Of a stretch of DNA of 64,000 nucleotides, positions 50,809 to 64,000 are shown piece by piece. Made by a program: the position numbers and the translations under genes. The notes under the pieces are model-generated. The model did no database searches. It was not told the DNA's origin and saw nothing but the letters and a program-made list of their open reading frames with translations. Each line of letters begins with the position of its first letter. Position 1 is the first letter of the stretch. This DNA is from Chrysemys picta bellii (lineage: Eukaryota): positions 12,958,001 to 13,022,000 of the forward strand of contig NC_088794.1 in NCBI RefSeq assembly GCF_011386835.1, read 5' to 3'.

Positions 50809-52150
50809 GGCTGGCCTGGGAAGGCAGCGCTGCGCTGCTCTGCCTAGCAGGGTGGGCTCTGAGCTGGGCTCCAGCTCACGGCTTTGGAATGTTTGGACAG
50901 TTCCTGGGGGCGGAACGCTGCCTCATTCGCTGGCCTTTATTAAATCCAGATGGCTCAGGAGAGGGGCTGCTTGGTGCCAAAGGAAAACAGCTCCAAGTGC
51001 CTTAACCCCTTCGTGGATAGAAACAGCTGCAGCAAAAGACTACACCACAGTCCCACTTGGCTTTCCCAAGCATTGATGCTGCCCAGCTTCTTAGGAGGGT
51101 GGCAAGCAGGCTCCAGAGGGCTAAGCACAAGTTACAGTCATTGCTCAGTTTATGCAACGTGCAGGTTAGCTGCTGATTTTAGCTCTTCCCATCTCCCCAT
51201 GGCTACGCTGGGACGGGGCTCAGTCTGTCTAGGCATGGCACGTGCATGGCCTGGCACCACACCTGTGTGCCTTAGGATGGAGCACGATCCTTACCACAGA
51301 GCCTTGCTGGGGGGCATTGGCTGAGTGACTAACTCCTTTGTGCCCGATTCTCCCGGGGATACGTTACACACGCTTTGGCCCCAGTCTCGCAGTGCGGGGG
51401 CATGAGTGCCGGAACATTGCTGTACCAGACTAACGGCTCCTGGAAGGCGGGTTGTGGTGGTGGTGATCTGTGGGCTGGTTGCACCAAGAGGCTGAACTGA
51501 GATCGGACCCCCATTGTGCTGGATGCTGCACATACACATCATGCGAGACAGTTCCTGCCCCAGAGAACTTAGTCTGGATAGACAAAGGGTGGGAGGGGAA
51601 ACAGAGGCGTGGAGCAGAGACGTGACTTGGCCAAGGTTGTAGAGCAGGCAGAGCTTGGCACAGGGCCAGGTCCTGAGAGCCAGGCACTTCTCTGTAAGCT
51701 GGGGCCCGGGTTCAGTGTGAAGCTGTGACCTAGCAGTGACTCCAGCCCCCTCCCTGCCCCTCAGCACAGCACAGCACCAGCCAGCAGGGGATGGAACGCC
51801 TGCATAGTCTTTGCAGGAGGGGGTGGGATGTTTCCTTTCAGAGGTTAACCTCTGTCACTGGAATTCCCGGCCCCCGCGCTCCAAGGGGAGTTAAACAAAA
51901 CCAGGTGCGTCAGTGGTAGGCAGGGGGCTGTGCAGAAACTACTCCAAAGGAAACAGAGCCAGACCTGCGGAGATGCTGCTTGCAGGGAAAAGCTGGCTTG
52001 TTACTGAACAGCCCTTGGTACCAGAGTGTCAGCCTCATAGGGAGGATGGCCACAGGGCGCCACAGCCAGCGACCCATCTCTGCAACACCCTGGCACCAGC
52101 AACACAGAACGGTGGCCCGAGGGGAACACTAAGAGAGTCTGATGTAGAGC

Positions 52151-52326
52151 CAAGGCTCAGCGCTAGGACGGGGCGTGATGGTTCCCCAAGGCTCAGCGCT
52201 AGGACGGGGCGTGATGGTTCTTCAAGGCTCAGCGCTAGGACGGGCGTGATGGTTCCCCAAGGCTCAGCGCTAGGACGGGGTGTAATGGTTCTTCAAGGCT
52301 CAGCGCTCCGACAGGGCATGATGGTT
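52151..52326. repeat. 36-bp minisatellite, ~5 units
   Basis: caaggctcagcgctaggacggggcgtgatggtt(ccc/ctt) in tandem, no spacers. Confidence 0.95.
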
Positions 52327-52672
52327 ACTGTCACGGCCAGCCAAGGGCTATTGACAGTAATTAGGACATTGGCACTCGGCAAAAAACAAATGGTGGGAGC
52401 CTTCTGCAGAGCTCCAGGACTCAGCCCCACACTGCCCTGCTTCCACTGGGATACCTGGCAGATGGAGCCTTGGAGCTTTCTGGCTTTGCTCATACTCAGT
52501 GCCCAGTGCCCTGAGCATGGGCCGTGAAGGGGGCTGGGAGTCCCGCCGGGGCCTGCCTGAGCACAAGTAGCGTATGAAGAGCATGAGGACGCTGTGTGCT
52601 GCTCTCCATAGCTGAGGGAGGAGGAGGGGACTGGGGTAGGGTGTGATTCACAGAGAAACGTAGAGCTTGGGG

Positions 52673-53016
52673 CATAGAATATCAGGGTTGGAAAGGACCT
52701 CAGGAGGTCATCTAGTCCAACCCCCTGCTCAAAGCAGGACCAATCCCCAACTAAATCATCCCAGCCAGGGCTTTGTCAAGCCAGACCTTAAAAACCGCTA
52801 AGGAAGGAGATTCCACCACCTTCCTAGGTAACCCATTCCAGTGCTTCACCACCCTCCTAGTGAAAAAGTTTTTCCTAATATCCAACCTAAACCTCCCCCA
52901 CTGCAACTTGAGCCCATTGCTCCTTGTTCTGTCATCTGCCACCACTGAGAACAGTCTAGATCCATCCTCTTTGGAACCCCCCTTCAGGTAGTTGAAAGCA
53001 GCTATCAAATCCCCCC
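52673..53016 (-). mobile_element. CR1 3'-end fragment
   Basis: [10 protein letters not shown]...[24 protein letters not shown]; attctatg tail at 52673. Confidence 0.93.
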
Positions 53017-54663
53017 TGCTGCAAGGCAGCCCCGGTTGATTAAACTATGCGCAGCCATGCTGCTGGGCCCCATGCAGCCTGTGACATGGAGCAAGTGGAC
53101 GCCTGGCCCCAGGGCAGAGCCACACACCTGTCCTGGCCCTGTCACACTGCAGGACAGGAGGAGCTAAACTTGGCCTTTAGCCATTCTGTTGGAGTCAAAG
53201 CCGGGCTGACCACCCTGCTTCCCTGCACTGCCAACTGCACCAGCCTGTGGCACCCCATTTGGTCTGCTGCTCATGCTGTCTCTGAATTGATCACTGCCCT
53301 CTCCGGCTGAGCCCCCCTTGGACCCACATCTGCCCCTCCGCCCGCTGGAGCTGAGGCACCAAGTAATTGTTTGATTGGGTGGCCAAAAAGGGGAAAAAAT
53401 TGGTTAATTTCAAACCAGGCCTTGACCTTTCTTCTCTTTGAAATGAAAAATGAAACCCAGTCATCGGGGACCCACAAACTGCATGGCCGTTTCCACGCTG
53501 GGCTCAGGGCAGGGTTTGGGGGGTTTAGCTTAAACTAATCCCTGAATTTGACCCCAAGTGCCACACAGTTTCAGTGCTCCCAACAGTGCATTTTTGGGGT
53601 GAATTTACTGTTCACCAAAAGGATTTTACTCAGCTCTGCTGCCCCCAGCAACTCTGCCAACGACCAATCCCTGGGCAGAGGGACAAACATCGGCAACCTG
53701 GCTTCTCCCCTACCTGTCTACATGTGGACACCAGGAGTGCTGCTGTAACGGAAACTGCTGTCTCCCCCTGGAGTGTGAGCCCCTGACCAGGCAGGGGGGT
53801 GGGATGGAAAAGTCACACCTGAGACAGGCCCTGGGAGCACTGACTCCACAGCTGAGATGTGGGCTGTACTAGGATTGGCCTGGGTGACAGAAGTGGCCCT
53901 GTGGTGTTGCATAACCACGCTGGTGTCCTTTGCATCCATTAGTTTGTTTTACTCCCTATCAAAAATCCTGTAAAGGGGGAGGGGGGGATGTTATAACAAG
54001 GCTTATGACCTAAAACTGCCTCCGGTTACCAGACCCCAGTGCAGTAGCAAGCTCACCCTGTGCAGAAAATCCACGTCTTCCCAGGGCTCTGCTTCTATTG
54101 ACCTAGCACCGCAATTAGACCCGTGTCTCATTTGTGTCAACAATGCAGCCTCATTTTCTGCAGCTTTGGCTCTTAGCTTGCTCTTTATCCAAAGGTTTAT
54201 TGCGCCATCTAGTGTCTCTACCGAGAGCCTCACCCAAGCCACAAATCAGACTCCAGCATGTGTAGAGGCCTACAGTCAGCCGTATTTTGAAACGTCCAGG
54301 GAAAGGCATTTGCAGCAAGAGGGTGCCTGAATCTAGGATTTGCTCTTCCATTCTTTGGGCTGGATTTGGAGTCCAGTGCCTCACTCCTGTGCAACAAGCC
54401 GTATTTTACAGCCAAATGCCACTCACTTGAGACTATGTAAACGATGGCACAAGGTGCAGTGGAGACTGAGATGTTTGAATTGTTGAACACAGTGCAGGGT
54501 TCAACTCTTCACTTGTTTCTCTGCAGGGAAGTCAGTGCTGGGAGGATATTGGGGCTCTCCCAAAGAGGGAGCCTAGCTAGTCGCTAAGGAGCTGGCTGCT
54601 GTTTTTAATTTTTGTACCCACGCTCCATGCATTCATGAATACACACAGATCACCTTTCATTAT

Positions 54664-56016
54664 CTAATAAGTACCTTCAAAAACTCCTGGAGGACGGGTA
54701 AGGTGCCAGAGGACTGGAGAAGGGCAAACATAGCACTATCTTTAAAAAGGAGAACAAAGACAAGCAGGGAATTATAGCCCAGACAGCCTAACTTCGATAC
54801 CCAGAAAGTTACTGGAACAAATGATTAAACAATTGGTTTGTCAGCACCTGGAGAATAATGGGGTTATAAGGCACAGTCAGCAGGGATTTGTGAAGAACCA
54901 ACCAACCCAATTTCTTGCTTTGACAGGGATCCTGGCCTAATGGATGAGGGGAAAGCAGCAGATGTGATGTATCCTGATAGGCAAACTAGGGAAATGTGAT
55001 CTAGATTAAATGTCTATAAGATGGGTGCACAACTGGTTGAAAGGCCAGAGTAGTTATCAATGGGACAGCATAGCTAGCGGGGTACGGGAGGGGTCGGTCC
55101 TGGGCCTACCACTCTTCAATATTTTCATTATGACATGAATGATGGAATGGAGAGAGAGTGCTTATACAGTTTGCAGATGACACCAAGTCAAGAGGGGTTA
55201 CAAGCACTCTGAAAGACAGGATTAGAATTCAAAATGACCCTGAAATCAGAGAATTGGTCTGACTTCAATAAAGACAAGTGCAAAATACTTCACTTGTTGG
55301 GAGTAAAGTCCTTCACTTAGAAAGGAAAACTCAAATGCATAAACTACTACAAAATGGGGAATAACTGGCTAGGTGGCAGTACTGCTGAAATGGCTCTGGG
55401 AGTTAAAGCAGTCACAAATTAAATATGAGTCAACAAGGTGATGCAGTTGCGAAAAAGGCTAATATTCTGGGGTGTATTATCAGGAGTGTCACATATAAGA
55501 CATGGGAGTTAATTGTCCATCTCCACTCATTCTTGTGGGGCCTCAGCTGGAGGACTGGGTGCCATGCTTTAAGAAAGATGTGGACAAATCGGAGAGAGTC
55601 TAGAGGAGAGCAATAGAACAGTTTAAAAAACCTGACCTATGAGGAAAGGCTAAAAACCTGGGCATGTTTAGTCTTCAGAAAAGAAGACTGAGGGGGGAAC
55701 CTGATAAATCTTCAAATATGTTAAGGGCTGTTATAAAGAGAACGGTGATCAACTGTTCTCCATGTCACTGAAGGTAGGACAAGAATGGGCTTAATCCGAG
55801 CAAGGAAGATTTAGGTTAGATATTAGGAAACACTTCTAACCGCACGAGTGGTTAAGCACAGGAATAAATTCCCAAGGGAGCTTGTAGAATCACCGTTATT
55901 CGGGGTGTTTAAGAACAGGTTGGACAAACACTGGGTTCACTTGGTCCTGCCACAGTGCAGGAGCTGGACGACATGATGACCACTCAAGGGCCCTTCCAGC
56001 CCGACATTTCTATGAT
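54664..56016 (+). mobile_element. Older, heavily diverged CR1 3' half
   Basis: Degenerate ORF2 (gactggagaagggcaaac, gcagatgacaccaag, gatattaggaaa) ending tttctatgat. Confidence 0.88.
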
Positions 56017-57298
56017 ACTAACTGAAAATATTCCTCAGGGCAAACACACTATGAAAATGTAACCCTGTGTGAGTGATGGATAGACAGATCAGTGAGAGAC
56101 CATGTGAGGCACTTATAAAACACGCAACCTGCCCAGAACTATCACCACCAGAGTCAGGCTGAAAATTAGATGGTAAAATTTGGACTAACATGAGAGCATG
56201 CACTTTGCTCTTCTGGGCAAAGCCAAGATCCAGGTGCTAGGAACAGCCAGAGGACTTGGGGAGGAGGAGGGAGGTATGATTCAGTTTTATAATTGCCAGT
56301 GTTAAGTAATTTGAAAAAAGATGTTCCTTTAAAAGCTTTTGCAGTGGCAGAATGATGTCCCCAAAATACTCACTTGGAAGCCCAATAATCAAAGTGGAGT
56401 CTTGCCAGGTGCTCTCTGCTGATTTATTCCTCAGTCTCTCCTCTTTTGCTGCACCATGCAGGCAGCTGTCTGGGGAGCACCCAGCTGTCTACATCAAGAG
56501 GTCCTGGCTTTAGGCCCCAGACGACCTGCCAGGAGCTTTGTTACACAGACCTTCTAAAGAATCCTCTGCTCTTCTGGGTTAAAAGGCTTTCCCAGTGACT
56601 TCAGCTTATCGTGGGCCCAGTTCCTACGCTGCCAAAGCAGCACCATTGACTTCAGTGAGGTTGCAGGATATCAGGTTAATCACTGGTGTGTTTCATGGCA
56701 GCAGCAACCAGAATGTCACAGCTCAAGGAAATGCCAACTTCTCCCTTCTCATGTGGCTGTTCACTCATACTTAGAGTGCTAGATTCTTCAGAAGTGCCGA
56801 GTGACTGCAGCTCCCACTGACTGCAGCTGCTCAGGAACTCTGAAAATCAAGCCCAAGGTGCCTCCATGCCAAGGGAGCCCAAAACCTTTACACATAGTTA
56901 CATACGTAGCATGACTGGGATGCAGCCAGCCAGCCACCCAACTTGCTCCTAGCATCATGCACAGCTGTGAAAATTTTGGCCAAGGATACCAGAGCACCTC
57001 CCAACAGTTACACAACACCCTGGGCTTGGACCCGTATCATCAGCTCGGAAGAGCTCTGTTTTTAACATCTAATCCTGTAACCAGTTTGGGAGAGGCCCCA
57101 GCTATGCTTACTATCGAGGGTGTTTTGCTGCTCACTGTTGGGCATGTAGAACACAGAACTCAGCAATGACCCTTGCTTGGTCAGACAGTTAGAGGGTGCA
57201 GCTGGAAGCTACAGCGGTCTGAAAAGGGGCAGAGGGCTGCATTTATCCTAGATACTCTCCGAAACGGCCAAGTGAATAGAGAACAGAAAATTAACCCT

Positions 57299-57304
57299 TT
57301 TATT
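57299..57304 (-). terminator. HIPK1: Candidate distal HIPK1 polyadenylation signal (3' UTR about 57280-61442)
   Basis: AATAAA at the end of a ~4.1-kb AT-rich, nearly repeat-free tract following the stop codon. Confidence 0.65.
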
Positions 57305-57598
57305 GATGCATTGCAATTGTTCTACATTTTTACCATATTATGTAGAAAATACTTAAAATACAAGCTACTTTGTAAAACCAAAGACAAACACTGAATCCAA
57401 AGATAAACTGTGTTTTCACAATGGACCCTTTTCCCATATAGTTAGTATTAAATTTTTAAATATCTATATTTCTTTTGTTAAAATGATTTTTACATACCCC
57501 CTAAGTACATCGGCAATACAAACATAGATCAGTAAATGTCAGAAACTACCTGTATCTAGCGGCTTTAAAAAGGAAAAGCACAACCATAAAAGAAAGTT

Positions 57599-57734
57599 NN
57601 NNNNNNNNNNNNNNNNNNNNNNNNNNNNNNNNNNNNNNNNNNNNNNNNNNNNNNNNNNNNNNNNNNNNNNNNNNNNNNNNNNNNNNNNNNNNNNNNNNNN
57701 NNNNNNNNNNNNNNNNNNNNNNNNNNNNNNNNNN
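57599..57734. other. Assembly gap (136 N)
   Basis: N run within the putative HIPK1 3' UTR. Confidence 1.
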
Positions 57735-60700
57735 CTGAATCTGAAATCACACATTATAATAAAGTTTAGCAACGAACAAACAACCATGTAGACATGCGGC
57801 ACCATTCATAAGTTTAAATTAAAGAGAAAGCAGGGCTGTGCCAATCCTGTCATTTAGAAGCAATTTAGTTCCATGTACTAAAAAAAAATAATAATAATAA
57901 TAATTGCTGAATCAGAGGTAAATTACTGCATCAGTCAACTAGGTGCTAAGCAGAAAAGCTCTGAAGTTGCTTCTGCAGTAGGGTATCACAGCTGTGAATG
58001 CAAGTCAGCAAATAGGAACAACTCTAATTAAACACAGTTTGTGAATCACAAGAATTCATCTATAATTCAAAAGGTGAATCCCAAATTCCAGCTAATTGCT
58101 CATAGTTAAAGAAAGGACAAATATATATTCATCAATCGCATGTCTGGTTACACACTATGCAAACCAGCTGTGACAGTGAGGCCGCTCAGTCGTTAATGCT
58201 TCACTGGGGCCACATGGGCTGGAATGCACTGGGAGAAAGGCTGCACCTCCTCAGAACTGAATCTTTACCGTACCCTTGACGGGGCAACACACACTGTGGG
58301 CCACATTTTTATGTTACACCACTGTAAATCCAGTGCTGAGATCAGAATCTAGCCCTGTGGGGTTTTTAAATGGTGCGTATCACAGTTTAAATGGGATGTG
58401 ACATCTCATTGATGCAGGTCCCATCTCATCCTCCTTTTTCCAGTGCGGAGGGATGTTTGAATCAGTGGAGGAGATGAGAATGTTCTTAGTAGATAAATTT
58501 GGCAGTTTTTTTTTTTTTTTTAAACTATGTAAGAGGTGCTGGTTTTTTTTAGTTTCTTTTTAAACAAAGGCTTCCCCCCAGTTGATTAGTTCATTTTGTT
58601 AGAGGCCTTGGTTATTGTTCTCTTCTTAAGAACTTCCCAGGCAACACTTTACTCTTTGTGAAATGGGGTGAAAAGTTTTCATGTAATGCAGATGTTGGCG
58701 TTTGTTTGCCTTGTGAAGGAAAGGCACAACTCTGTATCCAAGAGGTATCTGTCTCGAGGGGGAAGTACTGAACACAAGCCACAACGCGGACAAAATAAGG
58801 ACGTGCTTGGCACTAAGTGAGAAACATTTGGATAACACAGAGCATTGGCACCACCAGTGATGGGATTGCTCAGTTATCCCCACATTTTGAGGAGCGCTGT
58901 GTCAGAAAATACACTAGACGATGACTTCTGGTTAGTGACGTTGCTAATTGCTCCCATCCAGTTCCAAAGTCCTTACTATGAAAGAGACACCAAACCTCCT
59001 ACAACTGATCAATTTCAGACCAGCCTAGACCTTCCTATCCCAGTAATGTGGAACTTCAGAATTGAACTTCTGCCCCTCTGGACACTGACATGTCATGCAC
59101 CAGTCATAGAACTCGACTGTTTTCAACTTGGACGGAACTGGGGTTCAAGGCTGCAAAAACCTCTTATTGCTGCAGCAATACCACTGCTCAAGCCAGTTCA
59201 TTATCCGTTTGGCCTCTGTACTGAAGGTCACGAAATAATTCCTAGTTCAACAGACCCAAGGAAACAAAGTGTAGTTTCATTTGGGTTACGCAAATGGAGT
59301 ATTCCTCATAACTAGTGCTACAGCTAATAAACCTTCCCAACAGTTCCACATCAGCAGATGAAATATACATTTTTTTAATGGTATTGTTATGTTATGTGCT
59401 TTACAGCAGGCTCTCTTTGGTATAAACATTCTGTCACCAAGCTAGCAATATTTTACAAGAAACGTCTGCTAGTAACACAGGGGAAGGTAACATCACACTC
59501 TAATCTAATAAAGTGATTGCACATACTTAATCACTTCTGCAATATCAGACTAAATATTCCAATGCATTCCCAGCACTACCCTATTTGAAATGCACCGACA
59601 GACATCTAACAGTATATGTGCCATTTCAAGGAAAGCTTAAGGAAACATCGCTTCACTCCAAACAAAAATGTAGCCTTTTATGTTAGCATTAAAACTGAGA
59701 ACAATGCATCTATGCAACATCCTGCTATTCTTGCTATGATAAGCTTAGTGAATTGCTTCAATTCAATGGGGGCTTGCTGGTCCCTCATAAGGCAAGCTCA
59801 CTGTAAACTCTATTCACACTACATCATCATTTAAGGCACTACAATAAGGGGACACAAACAATTCTTCATCACACATACCTGTGCAAAACAAATCAGAAGG
59901 TATCCTTTTCTCTCATGAGGCTCTACTTTCTCTCTCTCTCAGTGCTACAGTGATGAGCTCTAATGATTGCATTAATTCACATACATTCTGACGTATCGTT
60001 TTGGTTTAAATACAAAGGATACATCAATTTCATCCCCAGGAACGTTTAAGATTTAGACAAACACTAGGTACAGAGTTCAAGTATAATCACTACACATTTT
60101 GATTACAAAGACAGAACATTTGGGGTTAGCAGGAAGTTTTGCTTGTTATATTTTTTTCTCTAATCAATATGTACATATTTCATTTCATGTAAAATATTAA
60201 AACACCACCATTACAAAACTTCTAAAATAGTTTTAAATTCAGTAATAAACTTTAAAATCTGGATTTTTTTTTCTTCCCTCCTCCCCCCCTCAATTCCTAC
60301 ATGCACTTACTGTATGCAAGTCTTAATAAGAGCGCTTTAAAGCTGGCTGCTAGCATACCCAGGAGGAGAGGCTCACCGGAGTATAAAAAGCTGTACATGT
60401 CATTATTTCACTGTATTTCAGATTGTTCAGCTCCCTCCTAAATGAATCATGCAAGGAAAAAGAAAGAAAAGGAAAAAAAACAAAAGCCCTGGGCTTCTGA
60501 GAGAGGACTCCAGCTCCATTATAGGGCCAGTGTCTAATACTCCAAAGAAACCAAACTCAAAAGAGCAACGCAGCACTATCAATTCTCAGCTGAAGAACAC
60601 AGCATTTTGGCAAAGCAGTCATGTTACGTTATACAGTGAGATCTTGCATATAAATGAAAAACTTAATTTAATAGCTTCTGCAATGATAAAAACCCAGCTA

Positions 60701-61442
60701 CGTTATGGATATTCAGACTTTACAAGACAATAAAATGAAGATTTCATGGTTTACATGGACTTTTGAATATTAGGTTGCTAGTACAAGATAGCTGCCTCTA
60801 TCATACCCTTAAAGAAAGCAGGAAAGTAAACAGAAAATGTTGACAGGGACAAATAGAGATGTAATTGCTTTTGCAGAAACAGTAATCTACTAGTGAGAAA
60901 ATGAATTATGGAAAAACTTTAAAATATTAAACTGAAGTTTGAAATCTGCTCTAGCAACTTACTGAGATAAATGTGCATTATATTTTTAGTGGCAATTTGG
61001 ATTTGTGCAAGCTGCTAAAATATAATCTGCTAATCTGTTTAAATTATAAGAGTTAAAAAAAAATCAGCATCGGTCTTTAAAGGCATTGATTTTCCTTTTC
61101 TCCTCCGATTATCATAATATCACAATAGCTTTAAATAAATTGGACTGTGACCTTTTTAAAAGCATCTATAAAAATTAAGTAAAAGTTTAAAATCTTAATC
61201 AATGACCCTTGTACTGATACCAATGGATGCTGCCCAGTTAGTGACTGAATTCCCCAAGCAGAGACATTGTCATACGTGGTAAATCCAGACTTAGAGGAGA
61301 CTACGAGAGTACAGTCAACACCAGGTAAAGGTTCACCTGAAAACCTCCTTTAATTCTCCAGGCCTGTAGCGGAACCCAGCTCTCCCCAGAGTGGGCTAGT
61401 CACAATTACTGCAAACCCTACCGATCAAGGGCAGCCCCCGAA

Positions 61443-61928
61443 CTACAAGTATGAGTACTGGTTGATCTTTGTTGGGCTCAACGGGTATCCAGCGTAAATA
61501 GCAGATCCTCGGGAAGCACCAATATAGGACTGAGTAGCAAACTGATGTTGGTACTGGGCAGGCGGGACATTTGCAGAAGTCAGCAAGCTGGGCCCGACAC
61601 TCACTGGTACCTGGTGGACAAGAGTGCTAGGGTGGGCCGCGTACGTGGTGTGCCTGGAAGAGCCCTGAGGGGAGAAGAGATGAGCGAGAGAATTTGTGGA
61701 GCCCAGCGTTGTAGCAGTGCTCGGAGCATAGGTGTACATGTGGGGCTGGCTGGGAAGATGTGTGCTCGCTGTAGCTGCTGCCAGATGGGGATGAGCTGGG
61801 CTGCCGTGCTGAAACGTGTAGGGAGCCTGAGAAATAGCTGATGGGAGGGGAGCCACATACGCTTGCTGCCTGCGTGGAGCCGGATTTCCGCTTCTCTCCT
61901 GTGAGGCCAACACTGGCGTTGGCTGGTT
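61443..61928 (-). CDS. HIPK1: HIPK1 last coding exon
   Basis: cag acceptor 61929-61931, phase 0; [19 protein letters not shown]...[11 protein letters not shown]...[15 protein letters not shown]. Confidence 0.96.
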   Translation of the reverse strand, partial: NQPTPVLASQERSGNPAPRRQQAYVAPLPSAISQAPYTFQHGSPAHPHLAAATASTHLPSQPHMYTYAPSTATTLGSTNSLAHLFSPQGSSRHTTYAAHPSTLVHQVPVSVGPSLLTSANVPPAQYQHQFATQSYIGASRGSAIYAGYPLSPTKINQYSYL

Positions 61929-62662
61929 CTGCAAAGGAGAAAAATCAGTGAAGTGAGTGGGCACCTGCCATGTGATGCCTGTCAGTGGGGGAGGAAAACC
62001 AGATATGGGCGGGCCCTGCCCTGGGGACGTTCAAGCACTCATGGAGCAGGGCTCATAATGCTCTGCAGGAAGCACCAGGAGACTGGCAGCCTGAGGAAGG
62101 GCAGATCTCACTGACTACGGAGATAAGTCGGACTGTTACAGGGGGTTGAGGTGGAACCGCAGCCCTTCTGGTGCCGTGGCCAAGGCTCCCGCCTGGCCGC
62201 GTCTGGCCAGGCGCTGAGCACACCACAGGGAGGCTGCTCTAGTTCTGGATCTGGCAGGCAGGGCTGGTTGCACAGCAGCCACCGTTGGTGCAGCTGACGA
62301 AGGCGGAGTGGAGGCTGTGTACGTGGGGCCAGAGAAGCCTGGCTGGAGGTGCCGGGCACTGCTCTGTTGTGATCAGACAATCTGAGCTTGAGTCAAACAC
62401 GAGAGCCGGGGGCACCAGCTAAAGCGAGGCCAGGCTCAGGACCAGGAAGGGAATGCGCATATAGCTCATCAGAGCCATCTCTGGGCTGGTACCTGGCGAG
62501 ATCTGCAAGGGGGTGGGTGGGTGGGAGGCGCAGACGAGTCCTCCCTCCAGAGGCTAAGCCAGTCCACCTAGTATCTCCTTCCCCAGCATGGCAAGAGTAG
62601 GATCTGTGCCCTGCTTGGCCCCTTTCCCTGACACACCAGCTGCCAGGAGACACCCCCACAGG

Positions 62663-63527
62663 CAGGGCCAGCTCTAGGTTTTTTGCTGCCCCAAGCAAAA
62701 AAATTTTTGGCTGCCCCCAACCCCAGCCCTGGACTCCCCCCACACCCTCCTGCCACCCCAGCCCTGGGCTCTCCCCCCCCCCCACCCGCACCCCCTGCCA
62801 CCCCAACTCTGGGCTCTCACCCCCACCCCACCCACACTCCCTGCTGCTCCAGCCCTGGGCTCCCCCCAACCAGTGCTGACTCCGCCCTCTCCCCCTTCGT
62901 CTCCAGCCAGTCCGGCGCTGGCAGGGTCAGGGTAAGCAGCAGGGCTCCCGGACAGCGCCTCAGCCCAGGGTCCCTCCAGCCGGGGCTCCCGCCTCCAGGA
63001 CTGGCCGGGACCCGGGAGGGCAGAGCCAGGGGACCGCCCGGCAAAGGGCTGAGGAGCCGGGGCAGGGCAGCCCCAGAGGGAGTGGAGCCCCGGAGAGTGG
63101 GATGCGGGCCCCACACGGCAGCGCCCCAGGCACCGGTCCCCACTATGGCCTCACTGCTGCTGCTGCTCCTGGCCACCCTGCCACAGTCCCTGGGTGGCTC
63201 AGGCTGCTTCGCCCAGCCCCGGCTGCAGCGCCGAGGGGCAGCCGCCCTGCGGCACCTGCAGGCGGCTCCGTGCACCCCGCGGGGCGGCCCCCAGCCTGAG
63301 TGTCCCACGCTCGGAGCCTGCCCGGCCATAAGGTGCGGGCGCTGCTGCCCGACACGAACTGCAGCGGCCCCAGGGTGCCCCCCGTGCAGGACACACTGCT
63401 GCTGCCAGGGCCGGCTCTAGGCTTTTGCCGCCCCAAGTGCAAAAAAAAAGGCTGGCTGGAATGCTGCCCCTGAAAATGTGCTGTCCCAAGCACGTGCTTG
63501 GTTTGCTGGTGCCTGGAGCCGACCCTG
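62663..63527. mobile_element. hAT-type non-autonomous element in the HIPK1 last intron
   Basis: TIRs cagggccagctc / gagccgaccctg; perfect TSD cccacagg (62655-62662, 63528-63535); second left terminus at 63406. Confidence 0.9.
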
Positions 63528-63754
63528 CCCACAGGAGAGAGCACAAGTTTTATGCCATTCTGAACTGTCAAGGACTGAACCAGAACCAGCTACTTAATGC
63601 CAACAACGAGGAAGCAGCTATAGTGCTTCTGTCACTGGTAACCAGCCCTCTTCCTCTCCCCAGAACACAGGGTCCAGCACGACAGAGTCCTGTTTGGTAT
63701 TAACAAGCCTCAGGGACATGCAGAAGACAAAGCAAGAGCCACAGCCTTGCTTAC

Positions 63755-63891
63755 CTGGCTAAGGTTGAGTGGCTGCACGCCACCAGTCACCATGCGAGGT
63801 GGCCGGTACCCGGTTGGTGTTATACAGCATCCCGATGACTGCCCACTCACCGATGCCACTGGTTTGGTCTTGCTGACGCTACTCAGAATGC
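63755..63891 (-). CDS. HIPK1: HIPK1 penultimate coding exon
   Basis: cag acceptor 63892-63894, GTAAGC donor; [29 protein letters not shown]...QPLNLSQ; 137 bp, phase 1 to 0. Confidence 0.95.
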
Positions 63892-64000
63892 CTGAAAAAC
63901 ACGAGCAGGTTAGTCCATTCTTCTCCAACTCATTCCAGGACCTCACCAGCTTGTGTACCTTCAACAACGCAGGGGCCCTTCCCTTGCAGGGCCATTTCTC

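Noticed and set aside
52151-52326. CRISPR-like 36-bp repeats
   Set aside because: Units are contiguous with no unique spacers, and the context is eukaryotic
57539-57805. ORFs containing X
   Set aside because: Artefacts of the N gap
58845-59315. 156-aa plus-strand ORF
   Set aside because: Antisense to the HIPK1 3' UTR, with no domain similarity
62108-62380. Possible alternative HIPK1 exon
   Set aside because: No frame gives a HIPK-like peptide, and the flanking exons already join in phase 0
62393-63571. Overlapping GC-rich ORFs up to 245 aa
   Set aside because: They lie within the intronic hAT element; stop-poor composition explains them

Overview
Vertebrate genomic DNA, most likely a turtle (inferred from the CR1, Penelope-like, hAT and Harbinger repeat families). 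The last ~17 kb holds two minus-strand genes: the final two coding exons and ~4.1-kb 3' UTR of HIPK1 (with a 136-N assembly gap) and the complete 3-exon OLFML3 (391 aa). Bases 1-46,800 look intergenic (no SYT6 or other exons recognised) and are rich in transposons, many delimited exactly by TIRs/LTRs and target-site duplications (TSDs). The most notable object is a very young, RT-less Gmr1-like (SCAN-domain Ty3/Gypsy) LTR element at 34308-38404, inserted in a solo ERV-type LTR. Its internal region appears G-to-A hypermutated in a strict GA (cDNA TC) context, an APOBEC-type signature. The edits include loss of the protease catalytic Asp and probably creation of the ORF's stop codon. Also present: three fold-back Penelope-like insertions with TSDs (two with minimal hammerhead motifs), a pLTR micro-inversion, and an hAT element whose right arm is replaced by an internal CR1 fragment. 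Family names come from motif recognition, not database searches.
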